The translations under genes and the position numbers were made by a program. Shown here in pieces: positions 9,121 through 21,152 of a DNA stretch of 64,000 bases. The notes under the pieces were generated by a model. That model searched no databases. It was not told the origin of the DNA and saw only the letters and a program-made list of their open reading frames with translations. The stretch is from positions 1,856,001 to 1,920,000 of the forward strand of contig CAWJWJ010000002.1 in NCBI GenBank assembly GCA_963846575.1, given 5' to 3'. This DNA comes from an uncultured Nitrospiraceae bacterium. GTDB lineage: Bacteria; Nitrospirota; Nitrospiria; Nitrospirales; Nitrospiraceae. Positions within the stretch are counted from its first letter, which is position 1; each line of letters begins with the position of its first letter.

Positions 9121-9671
9121 ATGAAGTAGGCCTTGCGTTCTTGTTGGTTCTCCTGTTGGTTCCCAGCTCACCCCTCTCCGCACAGACCCCTTGTGCGGAT
9201 TGTTTCGACGCCGCCGAGGCGGAATCGAGGAAATGCTTCGGCAATGCCATTAGCGCAGATGACAAGAGCGGCTGCCTGGAAACCCGGCAAACGCGGATGA
9301 AGAATTGCAACGAGGATCTCTGCAAAGAGGTCAGGGAGGAGCACACCACGGCAACGGAACCGCAACCGGTGCCGGCCCGGCCCGGCTTCGGGGCCTACGT
9401 CCCGACGGAAGGCGAATGGCTCGCGCTAGTCATGAGGACCGGCCTCCGGCGGGAAGCCACGCCAGACCGGCCCTACTCGCTCGACATCGTGCTGGCCGAT
9501 CCGCAGACCATCGAGATCGTCGTCCATCATGCTCCCACGATGAAGCGGGACCAGGTGAACAAAACCATTGAGGCCGCGCGGGAGGCGATCAGGAGCCAGG
9601 CCAGGAGCCATGGGTGGGACAAGTGGGTGAAGATTCGAGAGAAGGTTGAAGTGTCGCCGGGAAAGAAATGA
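9121..9671 (+). pseudogene. secreted Cys-containing hypothetical protein with a 1-nt frameshift in codon 2 (or a sequencing error)
   Basis: GGAGGT-N6-ATG AAG TAG; adding one A gives the signal peptide MKVGLAFLLVLLLVPSSPLSAQ in frame with ORF 9141-9671. Confidence 0.65.
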
Positions 9672-9805
9672 GAGCATGTAACGCGACCTAAGGCGGTCGC
9701 AGCCGGGTGAAGAAACAGGCGAGGCCGGTCTCCACGAGAGAGCATGGACAATAGGCGGAGCAGAGTGATGCGAAGGCTTCCTCGGTGCTGGGCGAGAGGG
9801 AATAG

Positions 9806-10375
9806 TCAGAGGCGGGCGACGTCATCGGAAATCGGCTGAGCCGGGCAGGTCACGAGCTGAGGGCGGAAGCGTTGCCGGAGCGAGGCGACCACCGCGCCGT
9901 CCGCAGCCGCAGGCAGGACGCACTCGGCGAAGGAATGGCCCGAGGTGATCGCGAGCCGCCCGCAGACAAGGAGGAGAACGACGGTGGCGATCCAGTTGGG
10001 CCAGGCATCCAGCTCCCAACCATACGGGCTGTAATAAAAGGTGTCGCTCACAGGCCAGAAATACTGGATGGGCCAATCGACCCCGCTCCCCAGCCAGTCA
10101 CACAGGAGATGCAGGTGAAACGCGGCAAGGCCCAGCCACCAGACCCTCGGTCGATCCTTCGCCCGGAAGGCACAGAGTCCGGCAATGAGGAGCGCAGCGG
10201 CAAGGCCATGGGTCAGGACATGGTGCCAGCGGCCATAGGCATCGAGACCGGCGAGCAGCGAGAGGCCGTCGAGGTCCGCAGCCACCCCGGACCAGGCCAC
10301 CAACCGGCGATCGCGCCGCGCCGCCAAGCGGTGGCCCACCACCCAGGACAGCATGAGATGTGTGGGGATATGCAT
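9806..10375 (-). CDS. membrane-bound metal-dependent hydrolase (YdjM/DUF457-like)
   Basis: TH...ADLDG...HH.LTH...HLHLLCDW motifs with TM segments. Confidence 0.8.
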   Translation of the reverse strand: MHIPTHLMLSWVVGHRLAARRDRRLVAWSGVAADLDGLSLLAGLDAYGRWHHVLTHGLAAALLIAGLCAFRAKDRPRVWWLGLAAFHLHLLCDWLGSGVDWPIQYFWPVSDTFYYSPYGWELDAWPNWIATVVLLLVCGRLAITSGHSFAECVLPAAADGAVVASLRQRFRPQLVTCPAQPISDDVARL

Positions 10376-10849
10376 AGGGCCGACGCTCCGGCGAAGACGT
10401 CAGAGAGAAGTATAGCAGCCGTGGGGAAGGGGTGAGCGTCGATGGGTTTCGCAACAATCGGCAGGTGGCCACCTCAATCGGTCTGTTGCAGCCATGCGGC
10501 AACGGAACAGGGCCGGCTGATCGGCGGTGCGATCGGAGACCGACTTCTTCGAGGTGGCAGCGACAGGCAATGTAGCGTCAACCGGTCGACGCGGTTGATG
10601 GGGCACGCGCTGGACGACCGTTCTAGGGCGAGATTCTCCAATGGCGCAGTGACAACGGTGCAGGGCTGCAACCGTTTCTTAATGTCGAGACGGCGGGAAG
10701 CAGCCTGACCGAGATCGTCGCAAGCAGGACCGGAAGAGGTCGTGGTTGCGCATGAAGCGCTGAGGCGCCTTCGACCGTTCAGTAGTGTTCCCGGCTGGCT
10801 TCCAATACTCGAGTTCTATCGGCTTCGCCATCGCCTGATTCAACGGTAC

Positions 10850-10902
10850 TGTAGGATTGCAAGACCTGACCCTAACCTTCCTCTTGACCCTAACCTTCCT
10901 CT
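10850..10902 (+). repeat. dispersed repeat copy 3 with an 18-bp tandem duplication
   Basis: TGTAGGATTGCAAGACC followed by (TGACCCTAACCTTCCTCT)x2 at 10867-10902. Confidence 0.85.
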
Positions 10903-10905
10903 TTT

Positions 10906-11151
10906 TTATAGAGTGGTATCCTCTGCCTCGTTGTATAACTGCTTTTGTTTCTTGTTTTCGAACCACTGCAGATTCCACATCTCGTATTCGGCCATCTCCA
11001 CTAACTTAATGGCTTGATGCGCAGACTTTTGTGAATCCCAATCCATGTCTTTATCGTTGACCCACTTGTTAAGCCATCTCTTAACGGGCTCAAGCGCTTT
11101 GATCTGCCGGGCGACATCTTGATTCCATTTCTTATCAAGCTTTGCTTTCAT
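10906..11151 (-). CDS. hypothetical protein (81 aa), AT-rich
   Basis: GGAGGT TGA ATG coupling to the hsdM remnant. Confidence 0.6.
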   Translation of the reverse strand: MKAKLDKKWNQDVARQIKALEPVKRWLNKWVNDKDMDWDSQKSAHQAIKLVEMAEYEMWNLQWFENKKQKQLYNEAEDTTL

Positions 11152-11241
11152 TCAACCTCCTAGGTTGTTTGTTATCGTTAGAAATTGCTCCAAGACAGCG
11201 TCGAGATCATCCAAGATTTCTTGCACGATAATGTCAGGAGC
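11152..11241 (-). pseudogene. hsdM: C-terminal remnant of a type I R-M methyltransferase subunit
   Basis: APDIIVQEILDDLDAVLEQF...L resembles the typical HsdM tail helix (P..IA.EI..DL.AAL.QF). Confidence 0.65.
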
Positions 11242-11457
11242 GGTCGGACAGGAAGCCCGCCGCCCCTCCGAGCAGGCTGGGCCAACTGTAATTGTCGGGG
11301 ATCTGGCTCGGCTGTTTATACGACGCCTATCGCCCCTCATCCGCCATTTAAGTAACGGCAACTATGTTAACGGCTCATCATAGGCGCCATAACTCATCCC
11401 ATCACCACACGACACGTTGCAGTAGTTCCAGCGTGTGTAACAATTTGCGTACCTTGA

Positions 11458-13326
11458 TTAACCAATCGTCAGCTGTTTCATTTGTGCAAACCAATCGATT
11501 ATCTCTCCGCTAGGATCAACCTGCTCCAAACGTGCCATTGTCATCAGGGCGGCAGACTGGTCATTTAAGTGGCACTTCGCCTTCGAAATTTTTCTTTTCT
11601 TCGCCTCACCATCTAACTGGCTCCAGAGGGTCTGACTGCCGTTAATGGCATGAACCTTTTGGGCTACTGAAGCTGGCACATCATCGTAATCCCCAAAGTT
11701 ACTAGTCAGCCCAAGAGGCATGTTCAATCGCGAATACGCTTCGTTTATCGCATCAAAATGCAAGTAATTCTCCATCTCCTTCTTCGCGGTGATGACAGCC
11801 TTGCATCCGGACCGTGAGTTGATCGCCTGAGCTTCAGCTTGATAACGCGCTGCGGCTGGGGGCTGTGTATCGCGGTCAAATAGGTGAAACTCGGGTCGAC
11901 ATAGTGGAGCCAAGCGAGACGTCCACAACGCCAAAGATGATCCCCCGAGAGGGAAAAAGATCAATTCGCCAGAAAGCTCCATGTTTCCCAAGTCCAAGAC
12001 CTCGACTCCTGACAATATTAGAATCTTCGACATGTGCTTCAAAAACGCTATATCGTGTTTACCTTCGACCCCTATGAAAAGCTTAATCGAGTTGTCAGGA
12101 AGCACCCCTAGTGACTTAGCAAACAACTTGTTCGTATCTCCCCCACCTCGGAGTACCTCCCGCGTTTTATCCGCGTTCTGGTGAATGAAGCGGAGACAAT
12201 TGTCCTCCAATGTCCTTGCAAGCATCGGTGTGTGAGTAGTTATTACAACCTGGTTCTCAGTGGAAAGGTCCGTCAAGGCACTAACTAGCATTCGTTGATT
12301 GTGTGGGTGTTGGCTCGTCTCAGGTTCTTCAATTGCGTAAATCACGGGCGCACTGTCTCTTTCTTTACCCTGTTGCTCTGCTTTTGCTCGAAAGAAATTT
12401 AGGAGAATCAGCCGCTTCACACCGCTCCCTCGCTTGTTAATCGGAATGTCTTCATCTCCGGTGATGGTCGCCTTAAATAATGACTCCCATTTGGGCGCAG
12501 TAAACTGGGGGGTTAGCTGCTGAGCCAAGCTTGGGTCCATTTCCTTCAGTTTCTCTAATGTCTTCTGCGCAATTCTCTTCACCTCGGTTTCAACGTGCGT
12601 CACGATAGCATTCAGTTCATGCGCTTTCTGCTTTATGGCCTCTTTCACAGCAACCTTCAACGGATCTTGCGCTTCTGGATCTTGATCTGTACTGGCTCGG
12701 TCTGATTTGAAAAGTGCGAACACCGGGATGTATGCCTTAATGCCCTCCCATGCCTGTTTGGCGTTCTCCACATTCAGAGGAACGAAAACCGGTTGAAGCC
12801 TCAAGTCACCGACTGATTCTCGAATGCGCTGGCGCAACTGAGCATTTATCTTCTGATCAATTCCGAGCAGATCGATCTGCAGCTCTTTCGCTCGCTTCTT
12901 AAGTTCGGCATTCTTTAGCTGCAGTAAATCCGAAGCTCCGGCCGTAGTTGGATGTATGGCGAAGGCCGCTATGTTGATGCACTTTGGAGTAGCCGTGTGG
13001 CCACTGTATGTCTTATGGATTTCTAAGCAAGCTTTGCTGTTCAGTAGATATTCGCCTTGAAATGTCGTCGGGAAATCCTCGTCAACGACAGCACTGGTTG
13101 GCAGATCGGTGAACTCGCAGATGATTGTCAGATCTTTCGCATCGCCGTTCTTGCTCGCGTCGTTCTTGTCAGGAGTACCATCGTTCAGGAAAATATCAAG
13201 ACCGTCCATCACCGTAGACTTACCGGCATCATTCCTGCCCACAAATGCCGTCATTTCACCGAAATCGAAAGCAATCTCGTCTCTATAGCAGCGAAAATTG
13301 CGAACCCTTAGTCGCGAAAGTTTCAT
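11458..13326 (-). CDS. OLD-family ATP-dependent nuclease (ABC-type ATPase + TOPRIM)
   Basis: GRNDAGKST, RGSG, IEEPETSQHP, ITTHTP; TOPRIM motifs VEGKHD and LFDRD, EMENY. Confidence 0.85.
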   Translation of the reverse strand: MKLSRLRVRNFRCYRDEIAFDFGEMTAFVGRNDAGKSTVMDGLDIFLNDGTPDKNDASKNGDAKDLTIICEFTDLPTSAVVDEDFPTTFQGEYLLNSKACLEIHKTYSGHTATPKCINIAAFAIHPTTAGASDLLQLKNAELKKRAKELQIDLLGIDQKINAQLRQRIRESVGDLRLQPVFVPLNVENAKQAWEGIKAYIPVFALFKSDRASTDQDPEAQDPLKVAVKEAIKQKAHELNAIVTHVETEVKRIAQKTLEKLKEMDPSLAQQLTPQFTAPKWESLFKATITGDEDIPINKRGSGVKRLILLNFFRAKAEQQGKERDSAPVIYAIEEPETSQHPHNQRMLVSALTDLSTENQVVITTHTPMLARTLEDNCLRFIHQNADKTREVLRGGGDTNKLFAKSLGVLPDNSIKLFIGVEGKHDIAFLKHMSKILILSGVEVLDLGNMELSGELIFFPLGGSSLALWTSRLAPLCRPEFHLFDRDTQPPAAARYQAEAQAINSRSGCKAVITAKKEMENYLHFDAINEAYSRLNMPLGLTSNFGDYDDVPASVAQKVHAINGSQTLWSQLDGEAKKRKISKAKCHLNDQSAALMTMARLEQVDPSGEIIDWFAQMKQLTIG

Positions 13327-13342
13327 TGTCAACGACCTGAAC

Positions 13343-13480
13343 TTATTGTGAGACTAAGCCTGACGGAAAGGCACTCGTAAGAACAAACTGCCTCAGTCGC
13401 CCGGCACGGTCGAAGTTGCCATTGAAGCTGCCTTCAAGCTCCTCGATGACCAGCAGGCGGCGCTCGACTTCAGCCACCAT
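13343..13480 (-). pseudogene. hsdS: C-terminal remnant of a type I R-M specificity subunit
   Basis: VAEVERRLLVIEELE...N..RA.RLRQ.VL..AF.. matches the conserved HsdS helix. Confidence 0.7.
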
Positions 13481-13523
13481 CTCCGATCGCGCTCTTCCAG
13501 GAATTAGTCAAGCTGGGAATCTT

Positions 13524-13634
13524 TTAAAACTCTGTCCACGTGAATGCTGATGGACTGTAATCCCGCACGACCCATCCCGCATGGCCCAGCATCTCGTCGA
13601 TCTTCTGGCGGGCGTTGTCTTCAGGCGTGGGCAT
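13524..13634 (-). pseudogene. hsdR: N-terminal stub of a type I R-M restriction subunit
   Basis: MPTPEDNARQKIDEMLGHAGWVVRD, then a stop after 36 aa. Confidence 0.7.
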
Positions 13635-13733
13635 CGTTCGAACAGGAATAGTTGGAGCTCGGTTCAAGCCGCCGCAGCATACCCTTTTGCGCCGAGGGCC
13701 ACAATCGTTCGACGTAGAATTTCTTAGGCCCGT

Positions 13734-14045
13734 TCAGTCTTCATCCTCGTCCAAAATTGCACGTAAATTGTTGTACGGCGGCCCCGGCTCGCCTACCCAC
13801 CAACCGGGTTCGTTGCCGGAGTCGACTTTCTCACCGCTGACCAGGACCCGCACGGCGATGCAGCGGCCCTGTTCGCGATGCCGGCGAAAGTCCTGCTCGG
13901 TCACGGCCAGGTGCACGTCGCGCTCGCAGGCCCCGCAATGCCGGACCCCTTCGTCGGCGGTCGGCTGCAGCCCTTCCCACGTCCGCGGGCACTTGAAGCG
14001 GAATTCACAACTGATTCTGGCTTCTTCGTTCCAACTCGTGGCCAT
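13734..14045 (-). CDS. Cys-rich hypothetical protein (103 aa), putative zinc-binding
   Basis: RBS GGAGGT; C-x5-CP...HCGAC...VH...RC pattern. Confidence 0.75.
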   Translation of the reverse strand: MATSWNEEARISCEFRFKCPRTWEGLQPTADEGVRHCGACERDVHLAVTEQDFRRHREQGRCIAVRVLVSGEKVDSGNEPGWWVGEPGPPYNNLRAILDEDED

Positions 14046-14150
14046 TCGAACCTCCATTCCTCGGGTACGGCCTTGCCGCCCGCTCGATCGCTACCGGATT
14101 GTCCCTAGGGCCAGCCCCGTGACATGCCTAGATCCGCAATGAGTCGCGTG

Positions 14151-14185
14151 AGAGTACCATGCCCGCGTGACATTCCGGGTCACGG
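14151..14185 (-). promoter_or_regulatory. putative WYL-regulator operator plus extended -10
   Basis: Minus strand CCGTGACCCGGAATGTCACG-CGGGCA-TGG-TACTCT; same architecture as 27868-27902. Confidence 0.7.
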
Positions 14186-14370
14186 TATGGGCAGAGCTGA
14201 GGCCGATGCAGACGAGTCACCCGTTTCGGCCCGGCTCGGCTCCCCTGTCTGCTGTCCTCGAAATCCGTTGCGGAGAAACGCTCCACCTTTCGTTGGCGGC
14301 GGCTATGCGGGTCCGACGAGACGACGCGAAAGGTTCCCGGAACGAAGCGGAAACCCTCGTGAATGTTTCT

Positions 14371-14399
14371 TTGCTCTCGGTGGCCCCACTCGTTAAGAT
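14371..14399 (+). promoter_or_regulatory. sigma70-like promoter of aceE
   Basis: TTGCTC-N17-TAAGAT. Confidence 0.5.
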
Positions 14400-14426
14400 G
14401 TGGACTATTCAACGGGGGCGTGACAC

Positions 14427-17114
<2,688 letters not shown>

Positions 17115-17150
17115 GCTCGCGATGGGCGAAACGAAAGAAATGAGGATCGC

Positions 17151-18797
17151 ATGAAGGTGGAACTGCCGTTTCTCGCGGAAGGGATCGAAGGCGGCGATGT
17201 CGTTCAAGTCCTGGTCCACGAAGGCGACCAGGTGACGGAAGGGCAATCGCTGATCGAGCTGGAAACCGACAAGGCGACCGTCCCGGTGCCGTCGCCCGCT
17301 GCGGGCAAGGTCGGCAAGGTGCTGGTGAAAAACGGCGACCACCTGAAGGTCGGACAAGCCCTGATGGAAGTGGACGGCGATGGGGCCCAGCCGGATCAAC
17401 AGAAGGCCTCGGCAAAGAAGACGGAGCAAGAGACTGACGCTGCACCGGCCAAGCCGCAGGCGACCGACAAGAAACCAACAACGGACAAAACATCCGCGCC
17501 TGCCAAGGAATCAGCGCCCTCACCCCAGCCGGACCCCGAGGTCGAAGCCGCGCATGCGGACGCCGTGGAAGAAAAGGAAAAGCCGCCGGCTCAAGAGAAG
17601 GACTCGCCGGAGAAGACGGAGAAAGAGGCCTCCGCACCGGCCCAGCCAAAGGCGGCCGGCAAGAAACCAGCAACGGACAAGAAATCCTCACCTGCCAAGG
17701 AACCCACGTCCTCGCCTCAGCCGGAAGCCGACGCCGAGGCCGCGGATGACCACGCCGGCGACGAAGAGGAAGCGCCGCCGGCTCAACCCGCTGCCGCCCC
17801 GAAACCGGCCGCGGCTCAGCCCTCCAAACCCGAACCCCAGGCCAAGGAACCGCCTTCCGGCGAACCATCGGCCGGCGACGTCTCCGCAGGCCCGGGAGTG
17901 GCCGCCCCTCCTTCGGTGCGTCGCCTGGCGCGCGAGTTGGGCGTGGACCTCACGCAGGTGAAGGGGTCGGAAGCCGGCGGCCGGATCACCGCCGAGGACG
18001 TGAAGACCTACGTGCGCGAGCGGACGAGACGCAGCGGCGCGCCCGGGAGCAAGGACGCACAGGAGAAGAGCGGGAACGTCTTTACCACGATGTACGGGAC
18101 CGAGCGGCGGGAAGCGATCTCTTCGCTCCGCCGGAAGATCGCGGCCACGGTGACGCAGGCCTGGACGACGATCCCGCACGTCCATCAGTTCCAGGAGGCC
18201 GACGTCACGGATCTGATGGCCCTGCACAAACGGTATGCGCCCCAGTTCAAGCAGAGAGGCGCCACGCTCACGCTGACCAGCCTGTTTCTCAAGGCCGCGA
18301 CCCACGCGCTGAAACTTTTCCCGCAGTTCAATGCGACGGTGGACCTGACCAACGGCGAAGTGATCTACAAGGACTATTACAACATCGGCGTGGCGGTGGA
18401 CACGCCGGCCGGGTTGATCGTGCCGGTCGTCCATCGTGTCGACCAGAAGGATCTGCTCCAGATTTCCCTGGAGATCGCCGATCTGGCCGAACGCACCAGA
18501 ACCCGCCAGATCAAACTCGAGGAACTGCGGGGCGCCACGTTCACGGTCAGCAACATGGGCGGCCTCAACGCCGGCCCGTTCACGCCCATCATCATGCCGC
18601 CGCAGGTCGCGATCCTGGGCATGGGCAAGGGCCGGCGGGTGCCGGTGTATCGCGACGGCCAATTGGTGCCCCGCGTGATGCTGCCGCTCTGCGTGGCCTA
18701 CGACCATCGGCTGATCGACGGCGCCGACGGCGCGCGGTTCACCAACGAGATCGTCAAAGTGCTGGAAGATTTTCAAGCGATGTTCATGGGCTTGTGA
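17151..18797 (+). CDS. aceF: dihydrolipoamide acetyltransferase E2
   Basis: Lipoyl domain ETDKA, E3-binding domain, YDHRLIDG catalytic motif. Confidence 0.92.
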   Translation: MKVELPFLAEGIEGGDVVQVLVHEGDQVTEGQSLIELETDKATVPVPSPAAGKVGKVLVKNGDHLKVGQALMEVDGDGAQPDQQKASAKKTEQETDAAPAKPQATDKKPTTDKTSAPAKESAPSPQPDPEVEAAHADAVEEKEKPPAQEKDSPEKTEKEASAPAQPKAAGKKPATDKKSSPAKEPTSSPQPEADAEAADDHAGDEEEAPPAQPAAAPKPAAAQPSKPEPQAKEPPSGEPSAGDVSAGPGVAAPPSVRRLARELGVDLTQVKGSEAGGRITAEDVKTYVRERTRRSGAPGSKDAQEKSGNVFTTMYGTERREAISSLRRKIAATVTQAWTTIPHVHQFQEADVTDLMALHKRYAPQFKQRGATLTLTSLFLKAATHALKLFPQFNATVDLTNGEVIYKDYYNIGVAVDTPAGLIVPVVHRVDQKDLLQISLEIADLAERTRTRQIKLEELRGATFTVSNMGGLNAGPFTPIIMPPQVAILGMGKGRRVPVYRDGQLVPRVMLPLCVAYDHRLIDGADGARFTNEIVKVLEDFQAMFMGL

Positions 18798-18815
18798 CCA
18801 GGGAGAAGGACGCCG

Positions 18816-20234
18816 ATGGCTGATACGACGTATGACGTGGCGGTGGTCGGGGCGGGACCTGGCGGTTATGCCGCCGCCTTCAAAGCCGCGGACCTTGGAT
18901 TGCGCACGGTCGTGATCGACCAGGAACCGAAGCTGGGCGGGGTCTGTCTCCTGCGCGGCTGCATTCCCTCGAAGGCGCTGCTGCATGCAGCCCGGCTGAT
19001 CACCGACGCGGAGGAGGCCGAAGGCTGGGGCATCCGCTTCGAGAAGCCTGTCCTCGATCTCGACGCCCTGCGCCGCCGGAAAGAGACGATCATCGGCAAG
19101 CTCACCAAGGGCATCCAGACCCTGGCGGGCGCGCGCAAGGTCGAGGTGATCCAAGGCCGGGCGCAATTCAAGAACGCGACGACGCTGATCGTGTCCGGTC
19201 CACCGGATCAGACCGCACAGCGGGAAATTACGTTCGCCCAGGCCATCCTCGCCACCGGTTCGCGGCCGGCCATTCCAGGTTCGCTCACGCTCAACGATCC
19301 GCGCGTGCTGGATTCGACCGGCGCGCTGGACCTCCCCGATATTCCCGGCCGCCTGCTCGTCGTCGGGGGCGGCTATATCGGCCTCGAGCTGGGCACCGTG
19401 TACCAGGCGTTGGGCTCGGAGGTGACGGTCGTCGAAGCCCTGCCGCGTTTGTTGAACGGCGCCGACCCCGATCTCGTGAGGCCGCTGCAACAGCGCCTGC
19501 AGCGGCGATTCAAGGCGATCAGGCTCGACACCTCGGTCGAGAAGCTCGAGGCCAAGGACGACGGCATCGCGGCGACCTGCAAAGGTCCGGACGGACAGAC
19601 CACCGAGGTCTTCGATCGCGTGCTCGTGGCCGTCGGACGGAAGCCGAACAGCGGACAGCTGGGGCTCGAACAGACCAAGGTTCAGATCTCCGAGAAGGGC
19701 TTCGTCCAGGTCGACCGGCAGATGCGCACCGCCGAGCCGAGCATCTTCGCCATCGGCGACGTGGTCGGCGAGCCGATGCTCGCCCACAAGGCCTCGCATG
19801 AAGGATTGGTCGCGGCCCGGGTGATCGCCGGGCAGCCGGACGCGTTCGATGCGACGATTCCAGCCGTGATTTTCACCGATCCCGAAATTGCCTGGTGCGG
19901 ACTCACGGAAGAAGCCGCCAAGGCCTCGGGGCAGGCGGTGAAGATCGCCCGGTTCCCCTGGGCGGCCTCCGGCCGCGCCACCACGGTGGGCCGCAACGAC
20001 GGCCTCACGAAATTGGTGTTGGAGGCGGAATCCGGACGCGTGCTGGGGATGGGTGTCTGCGGGGCCGGCGCGGGCGAGTTGATCGCCGAAGGTGTCCTGG
20101 CCATCGAAATGGGTGCGACGGCCGAAGACGTGGCCGCCTCGATTCATCCCCATCCCACGTTGAGCGAGACCGTCATGGAAGCCGCCGAAACCTTCCACGG
20201 ACAGGCCACCCACATCTACCTGCCGAAGCGGTAG
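18816..20234 (+). CDS. lpdA: dihydrolipoyl dehydrogenase E3
   Basis: GAGPGG, GGVCLLRGCIPSK, HPHPTLSE. Confidence 0.95.
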   Translation: MADTTYDVAVVGAGPGGYAAAFKAADLGLRTVVIDQEPKLGGVCLLRGCIPSKALLHAARLITDAEEAEGWGIRFEKPVLDLDALRRRKETIIGKLTKGIQTLAGARKVEVIQGRAQFKNATTLIVSGPPDQTAQREITFAQAILATGSRPAIPGSLTLNDPRVLDSTGALDLPDIPGRLLVVGGGYIGLELGTVYQALGSEVTVVEALPRLLNGADPDLVRPLQQRLQRRFKAIRLDTSVEKLEAKDDGIAATCKGPDGQTTEVFDRVLVAVGRKPNSGQLGLEQTKVQISEKGFVQVDRQMRTAEPSIFAIGDVVGEPMLAHKASHEGLVAARVIAGQPDAFDATIPAVIFTDPEIAWCGLTEEAAKASGQAVKIARFPWAASGRATTVGRNDGLTKLVLEAESGRVLGMGVCGAGAGELIAEGVLAIEMGATAEDVAASIHPHPTLSETVMEAAETFHGQATHIYLPKR

Positions 20235-20237
20235 CCG

Positions 20238-20999
20238 GTGCGTCCGCTGCGCCTGCTCGACCTGACCCTCCCCTCCCCCGTGGAAAACCTCGCGCTGGAC
20301 GATGCGCTGCTCGACGAACTGGATGAAGGGGGCGGCGAGCCGGTCCTGCGGTTTTGGGAAAGCGACCGCTATTTCGTGGTGCTGGGCCCCGCTTGCCGGC
20401 GCTGCGACGACGTCCATGCCGCCGCCTGTGAACAGGACGCTATTCCGGTGCTCCGGCGCGCCAGCGGCGGGGGGACCGTGCTGCAAGGACCCGGCTGTCT
20501 CTCCTACGCGTTGATTCTGCCCCTGACGCTCCATCCCGACCTGTCGGATATCCGTGCGACCAACCGGCTCATCCTCGAACGGATCGCCCGCGCGCTCCAT
20601 CGCTGGGAGCCGGCCACCGCCTTTCGCGGCATCAGCGATCTGGCGATCGACGGACACAAAATCTCAGGGAATGCTCAACGACGAAAACGCCACGCGCTCC
20701 TCTTTCATGGCACGGTGCTCCATGCCATGCCGGCCGATCTGATCGCGCGTTATCTGAAACATCCGGAACGGCAGCCGGACTATCGCGCAGACCGGCCGCA
20801 CGGCACGTTTCTCCGGACGATCGATGTCCCGTCGTACGATCTGAAGCGGGCGATTGCCGGGATATGGGATGTCGGCCCGCCGCTCGACCGCTGGCCGGAA
20901 GCCCGGATGCCGGGCTGTATCCGACACGTGCTGGACCGGACGGGCAACGAACCGCCGCCGCGCGCGGGCGACGGACCGCTGAAGCGGATGGTTCTCTAA
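20238..20999 (+). CDS. lipoate-protein ligase family protein
   Basis: NLALDDALL, RRASGGGTV, KISGNAQ, HGTVL. Confidence 0.85.
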   Translation: MRPLRLLDLTLPSPVENLALDDALLDELDEGGGEPVLRFWESDRYFVVLGPACRRCDDVHAAACEQDAIPVLRRASGGGTVLQGPGCLSYALILPLTLHPDLSDIRATNRLILERIARALHRWEPATAFRGISDLAIDGHKISGNAQRRKRHALLFHGTVLHAMPADLIARYLKHPERQPDYRADRPHGTFLRTIDVPSYDLKRAIAGIWDVGPPLDRWPEARMPGCIRHVLDRTGNEPPPRAGDGPLKRMVL

Positions 21000-21152
21000 C
21001 GTCATCACTCCCACGCCGCTGGTCACGGCCCGCAGGAGCGCCAAAAATGGCTCATGGCCCTCTCCTGCCGGGGTGACCTTTCGCTCCTTGCGTCCTTTTC
21101 GGCAGAAGAGTACCCTTCCCCCCACAGTCCCACCCACAAAGGAGGCCCCACC

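Noticed and set aside
10400..10850. Short ORFs upstream of the hydrolase gene
   Set aside because: No RBS, motif or consistent frame; treated as non-coding or decayed.
563..10902. CRISPR or integron attC interpretation of the repeated motif
   Set aside because: Copies are kilobases apart, there are no cas or intI genes, and I could not find paired R''/R' boxes with an attC hairpin.
11458..13326. Gabija or retron assignment for the OLD protein
   Set aside because: No adjacent UvrD helicase or reverse transcriptase; the SF1 helicase is more than 10 kb away and belongs to a different family.
13650..13680. tRNA-like GGTTCAAG
   Set aside because: No cloverleaf or acceptor stem can be formed.
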